From Mobula hypostoma (taxonomy: Eukaryota): a stretch of DNA of 64,000 nt. The number at the start of each line of letters is the position of its first letter. The stretch's first letter is position 1. The notes beneath the pieces were generated by a model. The model did no database searches. It was not told the origin of the DNA and was given only the letters and a program-made list of their open reading frames with translations. Of the stretch, positions 25,973 to 39,879 are shown piece by piece. The translations under genes and the position numbers were made by a program. The stretch covers positions 125,924,001 through 125,988,000 of the forward strand of contig NC_086097.1 in the NCBI RefSeq assembly GCF_963921235.1. The letters run 5' to 3'.

Positions 25973-27146
25973 GTTGCAGTTGGTGGTTGCGCAATCACTT
26001 TGAATGTGTCCATGGTCGTTGCTGGAGTCCAGATTTTGAATATGCCCTGAGGTGTTGGAGCCGGCGAGATCAATGGCAGGGGCCGCAATCCCAAGTTCAT
26101 GCCTGCTAGTTTCATGGCCAGCAGGCTCTGGAGTCCGTAGATGTATGATCTTGCGATCTTTGCCTAACATGACAAAGTCAAAAAAACGGCGATTGCAGGC
26201 GTGAATCCGACGGAGGATGAAATAACGGGTGGGACCATTACAGATGGCGAAGAAAGTGTCCCGAAGGTATGGAAGGGTCTGGGATAGGGACACCAAGTAC
26301 CTCCTCATGGCGGAGAGAGTTGCCTTCAGAGCTTGATGGGATAAGCGGCGAGAGGCAGAGTCAATAAAATGTGAGTACCTGGGATCCTCAGAAGGTCCAA
26401 ATTGAGAGGCTTGGAAACGAATCCTAAAGCCAACTGGAGTAAGTTGGCGACGGAGGCACATTCCAAGAAAGGATATATGGCTGTGATAGCGAGTCCGAGT
26501 CAAAGTGTGGTCGAAAAGTTGAAGAGCCGAAGAAATTACAGATGGGGAGCAGTGAGAGATGGTTTCACTGAACTCCTGTCGAAGAGAGGATCTAAACTTC
26601 TTCGGTGTAGGCATCACCGGAAGATTGCGTCGCCTCTGATCTGGGCCGACATTTACATGCCGGGTAGCACCTAATCAACTAGCTTGTTTATTTCGGCTTT
26701 TTTCTTAAAGATGTGCTGGGTGCGTTCCGGCCACCACTGTACTGCTGCATTCATCGTGGCAATGTATCAGTCCGCGGCCTGGAGGGTTGGGACCACTGTT
26801 ATAATCCACTTATCACTATATTCATGCGAGGAAAATATGCGTTGTGTGTTTAATATTAAATTTGTTAGATAAATCCTTTTAGAAACGAAATTGAGTGTAT
26901 TAGCCACTTATAAGAGACTTATAACCTATATTCCAGTTGTGTCCAGTTGTGATTAACACCTACCCCACCCCCCGGTCCAAAAATATTGTCAATATTAAAC
27001 TGGTCCACGGTGCAAAAAAGGTTGGGGACCCCTGAAGTAATCTGTATATTTGAATATTTAGATTTCATCTTACACTTTTCCTTTATCAAATTAGAGGCTG
27101 CTCCATGTATAACATGACATTGCTAAAATATCCCTGTTAAAAATAG

Positions 27147-28337
27147 CTAGACAACTGGGTAACCCGTTGGGGCACCCTTTGAGAGAAGGGTAGTGCAGTC
27201 TGATGTGACCACAATGAACATCAAATTTTCCTGAATGCTATTGGTATCACTTTGCTTTGGAAATTGAAGAAGGAAACCTCAGTTTATTAAAGAAGAACGA
27301 CGCGTAGCAAGGCAAATATAGCTCCTCCTCATTTAACGAAGGACACTTTTGATGGCATCATTTCTGGTTGATCTGCCACCTTTGTGTCTCTCATTGTCAT
27401 TCTGGAGAAGTGCAGTCCTTTCATCCACCGTCTCTTCATCTCTTCTGCTGTTTATTCTCTGTCTCTGATCCTGGAGACGTGCATTTCTCAGCTCCTTTGT
27501 CTCTTCGTCTCTCCTCCTTCTATGCCAGTTGTTGTCGCTTTGGAGACGTGCATGCCTCTCTTCCCCTGTCTCTTCTTCTCTCATCTTTTTTGTCCTGACT
27601 CTTTGATCCTGGAGTCGTGCAGCCCTGGCCTCATCCGATTCTTGTTTCTCCCTCTCCTTGCCGCTTCCCGATGACGTTTGGCATCATCTCTTGACCATAA
27701 TGTCCCCCTTCTCTTTCCACGCGGCATAATTAGGCTGACCATTTTTTTTTACCCTAAAGCTGTATAGAAGATACGAAGCAGTAACACCAAAGCCTCCAGG
27801 ATGCTGATTATTCTTCATGATGTGGTTGGCGCTCTCCTAAATGGACGTGACATAGTCACTGCTGTCCTCTGAATGCAGCAAAGCGTTTGATGGGTGTCTT
27901 GAAGTTCATCATTACAGTAAGATTTAATTATCTCTCATTGATAGGTCTCAGTTTGATCTGTCCCAATCCTGCACATGCTGATGGTGATTAGCAGAATGTG
28001 ACCGCTCGAAATAGAGCTGCACTGCCCTTTTGCTCCGGTTGGTGTCGCTGCTGTGAGCATCGTGAGTCGCTTCTGAGGCTGACCGTGCACATGCATCATA
28101 GTGTCGCGTCACGGTTTCCAACATAGCTGACATCGGCTCTTGGGTGAAAGCGGGGCGTCTGATTTTGGCAAGTGAGTAATTTTGTACGAAGATATAACCC
28201 TGAACTCTGCCTGCATTTGTAAGTTAGTGCATTTTAAGTCGATTTAGCCAAAAATAGTGCCGCAGTAATGCACTGTTTGCGCTAACTGGAGGTCACAAAC
28301 AGACAAACAGAGCATGAGAGTTTTAGTAGTATATAGA
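27147..28337 (-). mobile_element. Non-autonomous Helitron with 23-aa repeat coding remnant
   Basis: Minus strand starts A|TCTATATAC and ends CTAG with a subterminal hairpin at 27157-27177; no TIR or TSD; frameshifted ORF 27727-27333. Confidence 0.85.
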
Positions 28338-29000
28338 TTGTGGCAGTGCAACCTTACAAATTCTGTTTTTATTTAAAAACCAAAGCAGAACATCTTGCTG
28401 CTTCACAAATCTGTGCCTACCCTGCCATTAACTGCATGCTTCATGACCAATCTAATTTTCGTCCTGTCCATAGTAATGAAAATGTCGAAATTCAAAAATG
28501 CTATCCTCTCCAATTGTACACAAGGTGGCGTTTCCTTTCCTCCATCCCCTTCTGTCAACAGCTGTAGACAACTACGATGACAACGTCCTCTACATGCCAG
28601 CTTAGTACAACTAGTTCTCTACCCATTACAATCACCCATCATTCCTAGAAACTCTCAGGCTGAATAGACTGATTGCAATCAACCAGCATATTTGATCTTG
28701 AACAAAACATCAAAGTCAGGTGTCCTTTTATAAAAGAATATCTATTTTCAAATTTTTCATATTTTCAGGGGTCAACAATGTGTTACTATTACTAAGGGGA
28801 AAGTTCTTGGGAAGCTGAAAGGTATGACAGTAGATAAGTTACTTAGACCAGATGGATGGACTACACTTCAGGCTTCTAAAAGAAGTAGCTGAAAAGATTC
28901 TGGAGGCATGAGCAGTGATTATTCAAGAGTCACTGGATTCTGTAATGGTTGTGGAGGACTGGAAATTTGCAAATATCACTCCACTATTTAAGAAGGGATA

Positions 29001-29223
29001 GCCAGCTGGTGGCATAGTGGCATCAGCGCCGGACTTCAGAATGAAGGCTCCAGAGTTCGAATCCAGCCAGCTCCCTTGCACGCTTTCCATCCATGCTGGG
29101 TTGAGTGTCAAGCCTCGTAAACTCAGCCTCGTAAAAATAAGAAAGCCTGCTTAAAAAAAATGCCGTCATGACGGCATCCTGATAACTCCACTCGGAGTTA
29201 AGGGCTTTCTTATTATTATTATT
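29001..29223 (+). mobile_element. tRNA-derived SINE
   Basis: A box TGGCATAGTGG 29010, B box GAGTTCGAATCC 29053, (TTA)n tail; interrupts a CR1 with approximate TSD AAGAAGGGA / AAGAAAGGA. Confidence 0.8.
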
Positions 29224-29959
29224 AAAGAAAGGAGGGCAGCAAAAGACAAGAAACTATAGGCCAGTTAGCCTGACTTCAGTGGTTGAGAAGATGTTGGAGT
29301 CAATTATTAAGTGAGTGTGAGAAGTAAGATAGATTAGCTGGTTGTGTGGTATTGTAACAACAACCTTGCACTGAACATCAGTGAGACTGAGGAAATAATT
29401 GTGGCCTGTCCTCACCGAGGGATCAGCAGTGGAAAGGGTGAGCAGTTTCAAGTTCTTCAGAATCCACATCTTTAAAGATCTATCCTGATCCCAATATACT
29501 GATGCAATTACAAAGATGGCACAACAGAGGCTAAATTTCATGAGTTTGAGGAGACTTGGTATGTCAGCAAAGACACTAGCAAATTTCTACAGATCAACCA
29601 TGGAGAGCATTCTAACTGGTTGCATCACTGTATGGCATGGAGGGGCCACTGCACAGGATTGAAAAAAGCCACAGACATCTTCAAAAGGTATTGCCTCAAA
29701 AGGACAGCATCCATCATTAAAGTCTCCCATCACAAAGTATATGCCCTCTTCTCATTGCTTCCATCAGGGAGAAAGTGTGCCTGAAATAATATACTCAACA
29801 TTTTAGACACAGTACATCCACTCTGTCATCAGATTGCTGAATGGATAATGAACCCATGAACACTAAATCACTTTTTTTTTTACTTTCTGCACTACTTTTT
29901 TTTAACTATTTCTTATTGCAATGTACTCATCGTTCATTTGTTATGTGCTGTGCTGCATT

Positions 29960-30245
29960 TGATCCATCACCATGTCTGCTCTTGGCAAAATTTTCTATAT
30001 TAGTGGTTTACCATTGCCTTCCTCTGGGCAATGTGTTTACAAGATGGTGACCCCAGCTATTATCAATACTCTTCAGAAGTTACCCAGCATCAGTGGTCGC
30101 ATAACCAGGACGTGTGGTATGCACCATACACCTGCTCCCATAGTTTCACACGCTATACCATGCCCAAGGCTGACCTGCAGGCTAGCAGAGGGAAGGAGCA
30201 CCTTACACCTCCTTTAGTAGAAACACATCTCCAACTTGCCACCCT
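29960..30245 (-). mobile_element. SINE with RTE/BovB-like 3' tail
   Basis: AGTGGTTTACCATTGCCTTC is the reverse complement of a BovB-type GAAGGCAATGGYAAACCACT motif. Confidence 0.45.
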
Positions 30246-32679
30246 GCAATGTACTGCTAAAGCAAGGCAGCAAATTTCACGATATATGCCAGAGATGTTA
30301 AACCCGATTCTGACGATGTGGTTTTGGGATACTTGGAGGCACAAGAAAGATAAAGTAGGCAGAAGTCAGCATGTTTTCCTAAAGGAGAAATATTGCCTGA
30401 AAAATCTATTTTAATTGCGGAAATTATAGGGAGAACAGACAACGAGTCAGCGGATATTGTTTACTTGGATTCGCGAAAGGCCTTTGACAAAGTGTTTATC
30501 AAAATAAGAGCCCAGGTATTAAAGGAAAGATTCTAACATGGACAGACGATTGGTTGACTGGCAGAAGGCAAAGAGTGGGAATAAACTGGCCTTCTCTGGT
30601 TGGCTCCAGTGACTAGTGGTGTTCTGCAGGATCAGTTTCAAAACCTCTTCTATTCACATCTTATGTCAATTATATAGATGACAGAATTAATGGCCAAGTG
30701 TGCAAACAAAACAAAGATTGATAGTAGGGCAAGCAATGTTGAGGAAGCAGAGAGTCTGCAGAAGGACTTAGATTAGAATGGGCAAAAAATGAAATATAGT
30801 GTAGGGGAATGTATGGTTATGCCCTTTGTTAGAAGGAATAATGGCACAGACTTTTCTTTAAAACGGGGAGGAAATTCAAAAATTGAAGGTGCAAAGGGAC
30901 TTGGAAGTCCTCGTGTAGGATTCTCTAAAGCTTAACTTGCAGGTAGAGTTGGTAGTAAGGAAAGCAAATGAACTGTTAATTCATTTCAAGAGGACTAGAA
31001 TAGTAAAATGAGGATGTAGTGCTGAGGTTTTATAAAGACCGCACTAGTACTGTAAACAGTTTTGGGCCCCTTATCTAAGAAAGATTTATTCACTACTGCA
31101 GTACCAAGTTAACCAATGAAAAACCACTCATTCACTTAATGCAGAACAAATAAACTTACAGAGCTTTCCAGAATTATACTTTGTATATCCACTAGAGGCA
31201 TATTAAGACTACTTAAAATACAAGCAGAAAATTACCTGTGACACTGCAAAGAAAACAATAGTATAAATCTAAGAATTAAACAGTTGGATCCAACACCTGG
31301 AATTAAAGGGTTAACGTGTGAGGAGCATTTAATGTCTCTGGACCTGTACTTGCTGGAGCTCAGAAGAATGTGAAGTAATCTCATTGAAATCCAAACACTG
31401 AAAAGCCTAGATAGAGTGGATGTTGAGAGGATGTTTCCAATAGTGGGGGAGTCTAAAAGCAGACAGCACTGCCCTAGAATATGTTCCTTTAGAATAGAGA
31501 TGAGAAGAAATGTCTCTAGTCAGATGATGATGAATGTGTGGAACTCACTGTCACAGATAGCTGAGGAGACCAAGTCATTGGATACATTTAAAGTGGAGGT
31601 TGATAAGATTTTTTGATTAGTAGGGTTGTCAAATGTTACAGAGAGAAGGCAGGAAAAAGGGAAAGCAAATCAACCATGATTGAATGACAGAGCAGACTCA
31701 GATCAAATGGCCTAATTTTGATCTTCTGTTATATGGTTTTATGCTCTTATGCTCTATTATCACATTTGGCTTTGCCATTTCCAATTGATTACTTTCTGCT
31801 CTAATGAAACGGTCTTAAATTTCCACAAACTGTAACTTGTTCACTATGTTGTCACCCATATTACTTGTATTAAATCCCACTCATGTTAGCCACTCCCACT
31901 TATGGTTTCAATTGTCATCTGAAAACTTCTCCAGTATTCATCTCTCCAGCTTTGGCATCATGCATTCTATACTACCTTGCATCACCATCACTGGGTGCAC
32001 CTTCACCTGTTTAAGCCATGAATTCTGGAATTCCCTCCCTAAATGTCTTCATTTAGAACCCAATCTTTGTCAACTGTTAGCCTATTTTCTCCGATAAAGT
32101 GTATTAAAGTGTTTCAATTAAAAATTAGTTTTGAATACAAGTTACTATATTCCATGTGAAAAACCATCATACCAAAACTGCTGCGAAAAATAGGTTAATT
32201 GGAAAAAGGCTTCAGTATTAAATCTCAAACAGCAATCATCCTTGAACAAGGAGCACATTATTGTTGGTGAAAGAATATTTAATGTCAACTGCTCAAAGTA
32301 AATCATAAACATGGGACTGAAAAGTTAACTACTGCACAATTTTAAATCTTCCTTCAGCTTAATATCACGACCAATATACTCCACAAAGCTAGTAATTATG
32401 CAACCTGAATACTCCACTTTTAATTCTCTTCAACAAGGCTTGCAAGCAGACCAGTCTTGTAGAAATGACAGAAAATCAAAGAACACCAATTCACTTCAAA
32501 ACAGACCAAAACAAATTATCTCCCCCCCCCCCAAAAAAACAATTATCTTGAACAACTTCTTGCAACCTGCATGTACCAATTATAAAATGACTACACCGGT
32601 TTGAAACTCAGCATAAGTCAAGCCTTAATCATGGAGATCAGAAAAAAATCTTTCAAAATTCCTGTGATGAAGCTTCCAA

Positions 32680-33160
32680 AGTTCAAAGCAAATTTATTAT
32701 CAAAGTGCATATAGGACATCATAACAACCTTGAGATTCATTTTCTTACAGGCATTCATAGAAAAAATACAGTAGAATCAACGAAACACTACACTAAGTCC
32801 AACAAACAACGACAGTGCAAAAGAAACTGCAAATACAAAAATAACAATAATAAGTAAATAAATAATAGTGAGAACATGAGTCTTTGAATTTGAGTCCATA
32901 GGTTGTGGAATCAGTTCAGATGAGGTGACTGAAGTTACCCATGCTGGTTCAGGAGTCTGATAGCTGAGGGGCAATAACTGCTACTGAACCTGGTGGCGTG
33001 GGAACCCAAGGCTCCTGATGGCAGCAGTGGAAAAAAAGAGCATGGCCTGGGCACGGGTGTCCTTGACGATGGACGTTGCTTTCCTCTGGCAGTGCTCCTT
33101 GTAGATGTGAACAATGGTAGGGAGATATTTTCCTGTGATGTACTGGGCTACATCCAATAC
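32680..33160 (-). mobile_element. Rex1/Babar-type LINE 3' end
   Basis: Same 3' UTR family as 60065-60530; TTCAAAG-type tail. Confidence 0.6.
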
Positions 33161-33199
33161 TTTTTCAGCTGCTCACACCCTAGCCATAATCATTATTGT

Positions 33200-33440
33200 T
33201 TTCATTTGGATACATTGCAGAACAGGCCCTTCTGGTCAAATGAGCCACGCTGTTCAGCAACCCAACTATTTCACACTAGCCAATTACAGGACAATTTACA
33301 ATGACCAATGAACCTATCAACTGGTACGTCTTTGGACTGAGGGAGGAAATCATAGTACCCAAAGGAAACCCACATGGTCATGGGGAGAACATAAAACTCC
33401 TTACAGACTATGCCAGAATTGAACTCCTAACTCCAATTAG
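33200..33440 (-). mobile_element. V-domain SINE (HE1-like)
   Basis: Reverse complement of the CAGTCCAAAGACGTACCAG and TGTGGGTTTCC core at 45690-45750. Confidence 0.65.
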
Positions 33441-36114
33441 ATTTACAATCAGATAAATCTAGCAGACTTCTCCAGATATTATTCTAAATAAAATCAAAGA
33501 TCAGGTTTTGCACAAATGCACATAATCCATCAAAAACTTCACTAAACTACAATCTTGATTTCAATGTCAACATATTATGAAACTTAAAACTCAATTACAA
33601 TGGAATTGGCAAGTCTGGTGCTCATAATGGAAAGACATTTCAGACCTTTTAACTTGTCAATCATTTCCAAAGACACGGTGCTGATGATATTTTCAAAAGT
33701 TTTACACTCAATTTAAAAGGTCTGAAAGATAAAGAATAGAACTCAATTTGTCCCAAATTCTATTATTTCAAAATACAGGCCAGTAACCACTGAGAGTCAT
33801 TTAATTCACTGTGCCACAGTCTTGCTTTATCAACTAATACAATTAGACGCAACTTCATTCTTCGCCTCTTAAGTACATTGGAACTTTCCAAGGGGCAGAA
33901 TCAAAGCCTTAGCTTTTTCTCCCTATTGAGGCAGTAGTATTGTTTTCTTTGATAAGCAACAAATTACATGTACTAAAATCACAAACACTTGAATGTTATC
34001 CATGTTAACATACTTTCATGTGAATTATATAATCAAGCTGCACCAAGCATATTCTTTGCTGAATCAAGAGAAAATATAGATAAATTGCACAGTGAATTGC
34101 ATTTGGTGTGTTGAGTGATTGGTAATCAGGCTGGAGTTGAAAATCTGGGAGGGGAAAATGAAAAACAAACTGGATTAATGTGAGATTAGTGCAAATAGGT
34201 GGATGATGGTTGCCACAGACTCAGTAGGCAAATGACATGCTTCTGTTCTGCATGCCTGTAGGATAATGAGAATCAAACCCAGTGTATATCAAGTCAAGAA
34301 CAAACCAGTAGACCATAGATACATTATTTTTCTCCAATAAAATGCACCAGTGGCCATAGATTATACAAATGATGTAACTGGCAAGACAATTTTCAAATTA
34401 TTATCCTCCAAAGTTGCATTAATTTACTCAAAGGAGAAAAATCAAGTACAATTATCATAATTGCATAAAGGGGTTTATAGGGATTTTGAGTAACATGGTT
34501 ACTCAACAATAATGATGAATGTTTCTGTAGTATTCTTCACCAGATAATATAATTTTATAGCAAAAAACTCCTAATTGTAATTTACAAATTTAATCAATAC
34601 AGAGCAAGGTTGGCTATTTCCACTGGAGATTAGTCAACTAATTGGCCAAGATTCTACTCATCTGTCAATATCCCGTCATTTCACCGTGAAAATGACAGCA
34701 AATTCTACAGCCCATAATCTCACAGAAATTCAAATCTATAAGTTCTTGTCAGTGATTCCCTGCTCTTCGACTGCCTGTTGTCTTTGGCAGCCAGTTTCAA
34801 AATAATTTCCAGGCTTAAGTGACCTATAAGAACTATTAGTACTCATCGTCTACTCCCACCATAAAAATTCTGAAAATGCTCACTGAGTTACCTGAAGCAT
34901 AAATAGGTTTAGTGGCAGACTAACCATGATGACAGCTTCACCACTTCTTTCACTACATAAAAACTACGTTGATCATTCCATGCACAATTTAAAATCCAAT
35001 TAATTTTGATCAAATCCACCTTCTTTAATATGTCAAAATATTCTCTGACTTATTGTTCTATGAAGAATTACAACTTATACCTTGAACTTCCCATTTTGCT
35101 GTACTGAAGATCATTCCAGTGAGTTAGCACTTGAGCCAAACCTGCTGCTCATGTCGGAGCTTCCTACAATTGACATCTGAAGTGATACCAGAAAATGTCT
35201 CAAAGTCCACAGAGATCACTTGATCTTTGCAGACCTCCAAATTTCAAGATCAGTTGATGTCTCAAAGTGCAAAGGTAGGGTCATAGAAATAACCAACTTC
35301 ATGCCAACTGAAACTTCAAATTTATGATCATTTCATAAACTTCAGTTGTCAACAAATTTCCCCAACACTGAAGAGAGTAAAACCCTGAATATGCCGATGA
35401 AACCTGTTTTCCTACAGCAACTTCAGAGGTAACATTTCAATAAATCTGCAAAATAGGCATTCACAAGGAATTTGTTACAATATGACTACACAAGAAACAA
35501 ATGTATGATCCACTTAGTATTAAAGTTGTGCAAAATACACTTCCACTAAAACTTCCAATGCATCCAACTTTATTGTATTCAGAAAGCTCCTTGAAATACT
35601 AAATTCAGAAATAATTAAGCAAATCAAATAAAATGGCTAAGTGAAGTCCCAAACTCATTTGCACTGTCAGAAGAGGGCTCACAAAGCTAACACAATACAG
35701 CACAGTTACTGAGCAGTATTAAAGAATGTGAGCCACAGAATACCACAGCAAACATGTTGTGCTAATTTTTTCCCAAATTATAGAAGTAACATCACAACTT
35801 GAATATAATTTGTATCTCACATCTACTACAGCATATGCATTCAGACAATATGGAGCACAAATCTACTGATGCACGGTATGCAGGATTAAGTATAAAAATT
35901 CATATGCCTTATTAAATTAATTGTTATATGCACAACTGTCACCTTCTTACAATGGAATCCCTGTACCATGGCTTGAACATGATTAGTTTTCGAATTCTAA
36001 TCACCGCCATCACTCAATTCTACTGTTCTACTGACTGAATTGCCCAACAGTGTTTCTTTGGGATATAACTGCCAAGTAACAGCAAGATAGGAATGCAGTG
36101 AGGGAAAGAGATTG

Positions 36115-36640
36115 TAGTCATACATTACAATACAGGCCCTTTGGCCCAACTCATATATTCTGACCAAGTTATCTACTTGAGCCAGTTCACTTGCCTGCCT
36201 TTTGCTCATTTTCCTCTTAACCACTCCTACCCATGTACCTATCTGATTGTATTGCCTTTAAATGTAGCTGCCTCAAAAGCTTCCTCCAGCAGCTTGTTTC
36301 ATTTACCTACCACTTTCCATGTAGAAAAATTTGCCCCTCAGGTCACTTTCCCTCACACTTTAAACCTATGTTGTTTAGTTTTAGATTCCTCTACCCTGGG
36401 AAAAAGATTATGACCTCATCTATGCCCTTCTGGATTTTATATACCTTTATCAAGCAACCTCTCAGACTCCAGACAAAAAGATTCCCAGTCTATCAAACAT
36501 TCTCTTACAACTCAAGCTCTCCAGTGCCAAATACAGCCTTGTGAGTCTTTTCTGCACTATTTCCAGCTTAATGACATGCCTATTGCTGGGCAACCAGAAC
36601 TGCACACAATACTCCGAGTGTGGTCTCACCAACAACTTGT
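36115..36640 (-). mobile_element. CR1 3' fragment
   Basis: LVRPHSEYCVQFW peptide. Confidence 0.75.
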
Positions 36641-39600
36641 ACTTGAGAGAAATAAAAGTAACCCATGCAGCACAGACAGGCTTGGAGCAAGAACGGCTAC
36701 AGAATAGCTTTACCATGTTGCAGTAGAGAGTGAAATCAAATTCTAAGATGAAGCAGAAACACAGAAAATCAGTTTTACTCTGTTAAAGATATATGAACAC
36801 CTCAGCCACAGAGTGTAAACAATTCCAAAGCATTTCAAAAACTGGAGTGAGGTATGAAAAATCCCATTAATATTCTGCTTAATTCACTATTTGCACATCA
36901 AGCATACAGATACAGCCATGTTTAATACAAATTTAACCCATTTTATTCAGTTGAATTAAAGCATATTTTATAACATCAAATATAGCAAATTTAACAACTC
37001 TGGCAGTAACATTTTACCACATCAATAATATTAGCTTCTTCAAAATGTGACCTTGGTTGACCACAGTGAGTATTCCATTCAAGGCAAGTTTAATTATAAA
37101 ATGGTACTACAATGTAGTCAGTGTTCCTTTTTTTTGCCTAACTTAACAGTCAGGAGTTGAGGACATTCTCTTAAATGTATGACATAAAATCAGAACTCAT
37201 GTAACAATTTGGAAGAAATGTCCAAACCAGATCAAACTAAAAGATTTACATTTATTTTAAACAGTAAACAAATTGAAACACCAGAAATTCAAGTTTTTCC
37301 AATTACTTAAAGGACATGATTAACATTTTTGCTTTCATATTAGGTTGATGCAAACACAATTGTTCAATAATAGAATTAACTTGCTTTACAGCAAGGCTAC
37401 ATATACTTGCCACCAAATTTATTTCTCTTCTCATATAACTACCTAACATAATGAATTCTGTTTCAAAGAGTACAAGTTCAAATGGGTAAAAATTCTGGAT
37501 CTTTAACCTCAGTAACCAGATTTTTTTTATATAGCCATGTTGAGGGAAAGGAAGAGCAAGAAAACAAAGATCTCTGGAGGAATGTTCTGCATTTTGACAG
37601 CAATAATTTGCTACTTTAAAAAAATCTGTGACACTCTGCAATGGAGAACCGCAACTCTGAGCAGGAAAATAATTCATAGAAGACCAATCATATGCTCAGA
37701 CAGTTGTATTTTCTTTATTACAAGGTGCCGATGCAATTATAAACACAATTGGGAACAAACTCCACCTACTCTGAAAGAGGAGAGCAAAATATACCCAAGT
37801 GCAAGAACTGTCAATTCATTTAGCGATTGAACAAAAGTCCTTGAGAACTACAAATATAGATTGGAGGTTTTGTAAGTAGGAGACCAGCTGCAGATATATA
37901 TGGCATAGAATATGAAAGCTTGTATTTCCACAGCAACAAGGACATAGGATAAATATTACAATACAATAACTGGAATTGCAAATAATGGTAAGCAATGAAT
38001 GCATTGAAGTATTGCAAACCATTATTTGACAAAATGCAAGAAAGGTTTCAGATGAAGCAGTAAATAATGCTTCAAATAAGTAGTTCTGAGAGTGGAATGC
38101 ATGTGGAGTCTGAGGTTTAATTGTGCATTATCATTAAAACAGAGTAAAGATATCTGATAGAACACAATCAAGGCACAAGCAATGCAGCACAGTTCTTGTT
38201 GTACAAGCCTTATACCAGACTGAGCAGCTGCAAGGGTAATGGCAACACTGGGCATTGTCAAAGATATTGCATGCTTTTAAGGAGAGGTTTCGTAAGATGC
38301 TGCCTCTTGGTCTTGATTCTCAGTTTGTGCTGAACCAAAAAGTAATCATACTCACGATGCCACCACTACGGTACTTTTCTATGTTCCCTTCCACGTGTAT
38401 AATACACATCCAACATAAATGAAGTAATTTGCATCTCTTCCTGTTCGATTTTCTGACCACTTTACTGCCGAAATTGATCAGTTCAAGATTTAATTTGATT
38501 TTAACTAATTTGTCAAATTTTCCCCAAAGTGTAATGAGGCTCTACTGTAACATACCAGCATCTGATATTATGTCCTTTATTGAAGTGCATGACCAAAAGA
38601 TAATATACCACCCATTAGACCTCACTCTCAATCCAGCAAATCTCCATGTTAAATCTGTTGCTATCACTACCATTCCTCCAATCAAGAAGGCAATGATGTT
38701 TATTTTGTTCCCATTTTATCTCTGAAACAATCTCTTCAAAAGACAGTAGCTCTTCCATTCTTTACTAAATTGTTTTATTCACTTGATAGCAAGAACCAGT
38801 TAATTAAACAATACCATTATGCAGAGATTAAACACAAAAAATTTGAAGCACTATCTCCCTCCCCCCCCCAAAAAAAGGAATGGTGGTCTTATGATTTTTC
38901 TTTTGACACTAAACATGCATGGCAAAAGTTACAAGAGTGCCCAATAAGAATAACTAAATACGGGGGCATCTTCAAACTTGCCCTATTTTAGATACTGAAT
39001 ATATTTGAATGGCAGTAGGAAAAACATGTTTTAAAAAAACAGCTGGTTAAATGGTCTGTTTTCCAAATATATATTACAAACCACGTTTTACTTCTAAATC
39101 TATGTTACTTCGTACCCAATTGGTTTAGACTATTAATCTCGCATTTTAATCCAAATTATACTTCCAATATAGTCACCGAACTGCCATATGACGTATTAAA
39201 ATTCATTGTGAACATCCTACAGAACTAACGCAAATCCCCATAATTTAGGGTATTTTGATCCATGTGTGTATTACAAGTTTATCTATCATAGACAAGATAT
39301 AAAATCACAAATTGATTTCTAGTTATGGGGGTGAAACATTCGGCAGCATTAGCAGAACAGCTCAAACAGAATCAAATTTAAACTCAAATGATATTCCTTC
39401 AACACTTGTCGAGATGTCACACATCAGAAGAATTTACAACTAAATGAACAAATGTTCTCAGTGGTCAATATGGAGCACATTCACAGCTCAACAACCCAAC
39501 CGAGTCGGGGCGAGAAACAATCGTTCTACAAATGACGCATCGACTCACACAAATCCGTTCCTTAGTCACCCTGAGATAAACCGATACTCTCTCTCGGTCA

Positions 39601-39879
39601 CCCTCACTCAAATATTACACAAACATGTGCTTCATGTGTCATGCCTCAATAAAAATAAATTGCATTAAAGTAGCGGACTCTTCCCCACACGCACCCAGCC
39701 CAATCCAACCCCAGGCCCAGGCACTGATCGCGATGAGAACAAGAGACAGACACAAAGCACTGTGCTCCAGTCCTTTGCTGCAGAAGAGAAATCAGAGTAA
39801 TCATCCCCCACCTTCCGATGTCTCTCCATCCGCTCATCACCCACCTTTGAAGCCGCTTTGTCTCGTTAACTTTTTGGCC

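Larger units (their letters stand above)
22976..26622 (-). mobile_element. Near full-length Penelope-like retroelement (RT + GIY-YIG), frameshifted
   Basis: ORF pieces from ATG 26614: LSKGLTF, IKPADKGGAVVV, YLLPKIHK..GRPIVS, MDVQSLYTSIP, AMGT, RYIDD, GVIYCVRCSRC..YIGET..RFAEH; pLTR at the 3' end. Confidence 0.95.
22875..26798. mobile_element. Fold-back hAT MITE (arms 22875-22975 and ~26625-26798) split by Penelope
   Basis: TIRs CAGTGGTCCCCAACC / GGTTGGGACCACTG; TSD TTATAATT / TTATAATC; ~100-bp inverted arms. Confidence 0.85.
22195..27034 (+). mobile_element. Internally deleted hAT Charlie/Buster transposon carrying nested inserts
   Basis: TIRs CAGTGGTCCTCAACC / GGTTGGGGACCCCTG; exact 8-bp TSD AAGTAATC (22187-94, 27035-42); ORF 22271-22750 is the C-terminal dimerisation domain ending KQAQGSH. 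Confidence 0.93.
28770..31740 (+). mobile_element. Fragmented old CR1 ORF2 and 3' end interrupted by SINEs and a Rex-type fragment (29310-29960)
   Basis: EDWKFANITPLFKKG and NYRPVSLTS peptides, later RMFPIVGES; collinear with the CR1 at 54-58 kb. Confidence 0.7.

Noticed and set aside
29001..29070. tRNA gene
   Set aside because: A and B boxes present but no convincing cloverleaf; followed by a SINE body and tail.
35081..35445. Possible extra UBR5 exon (AAG|GTATAA donor; acceptors at 35367 or 35445)
   Set aside because: Early stops in the required phase; exons 1 and 2 already join to give the expected protein.
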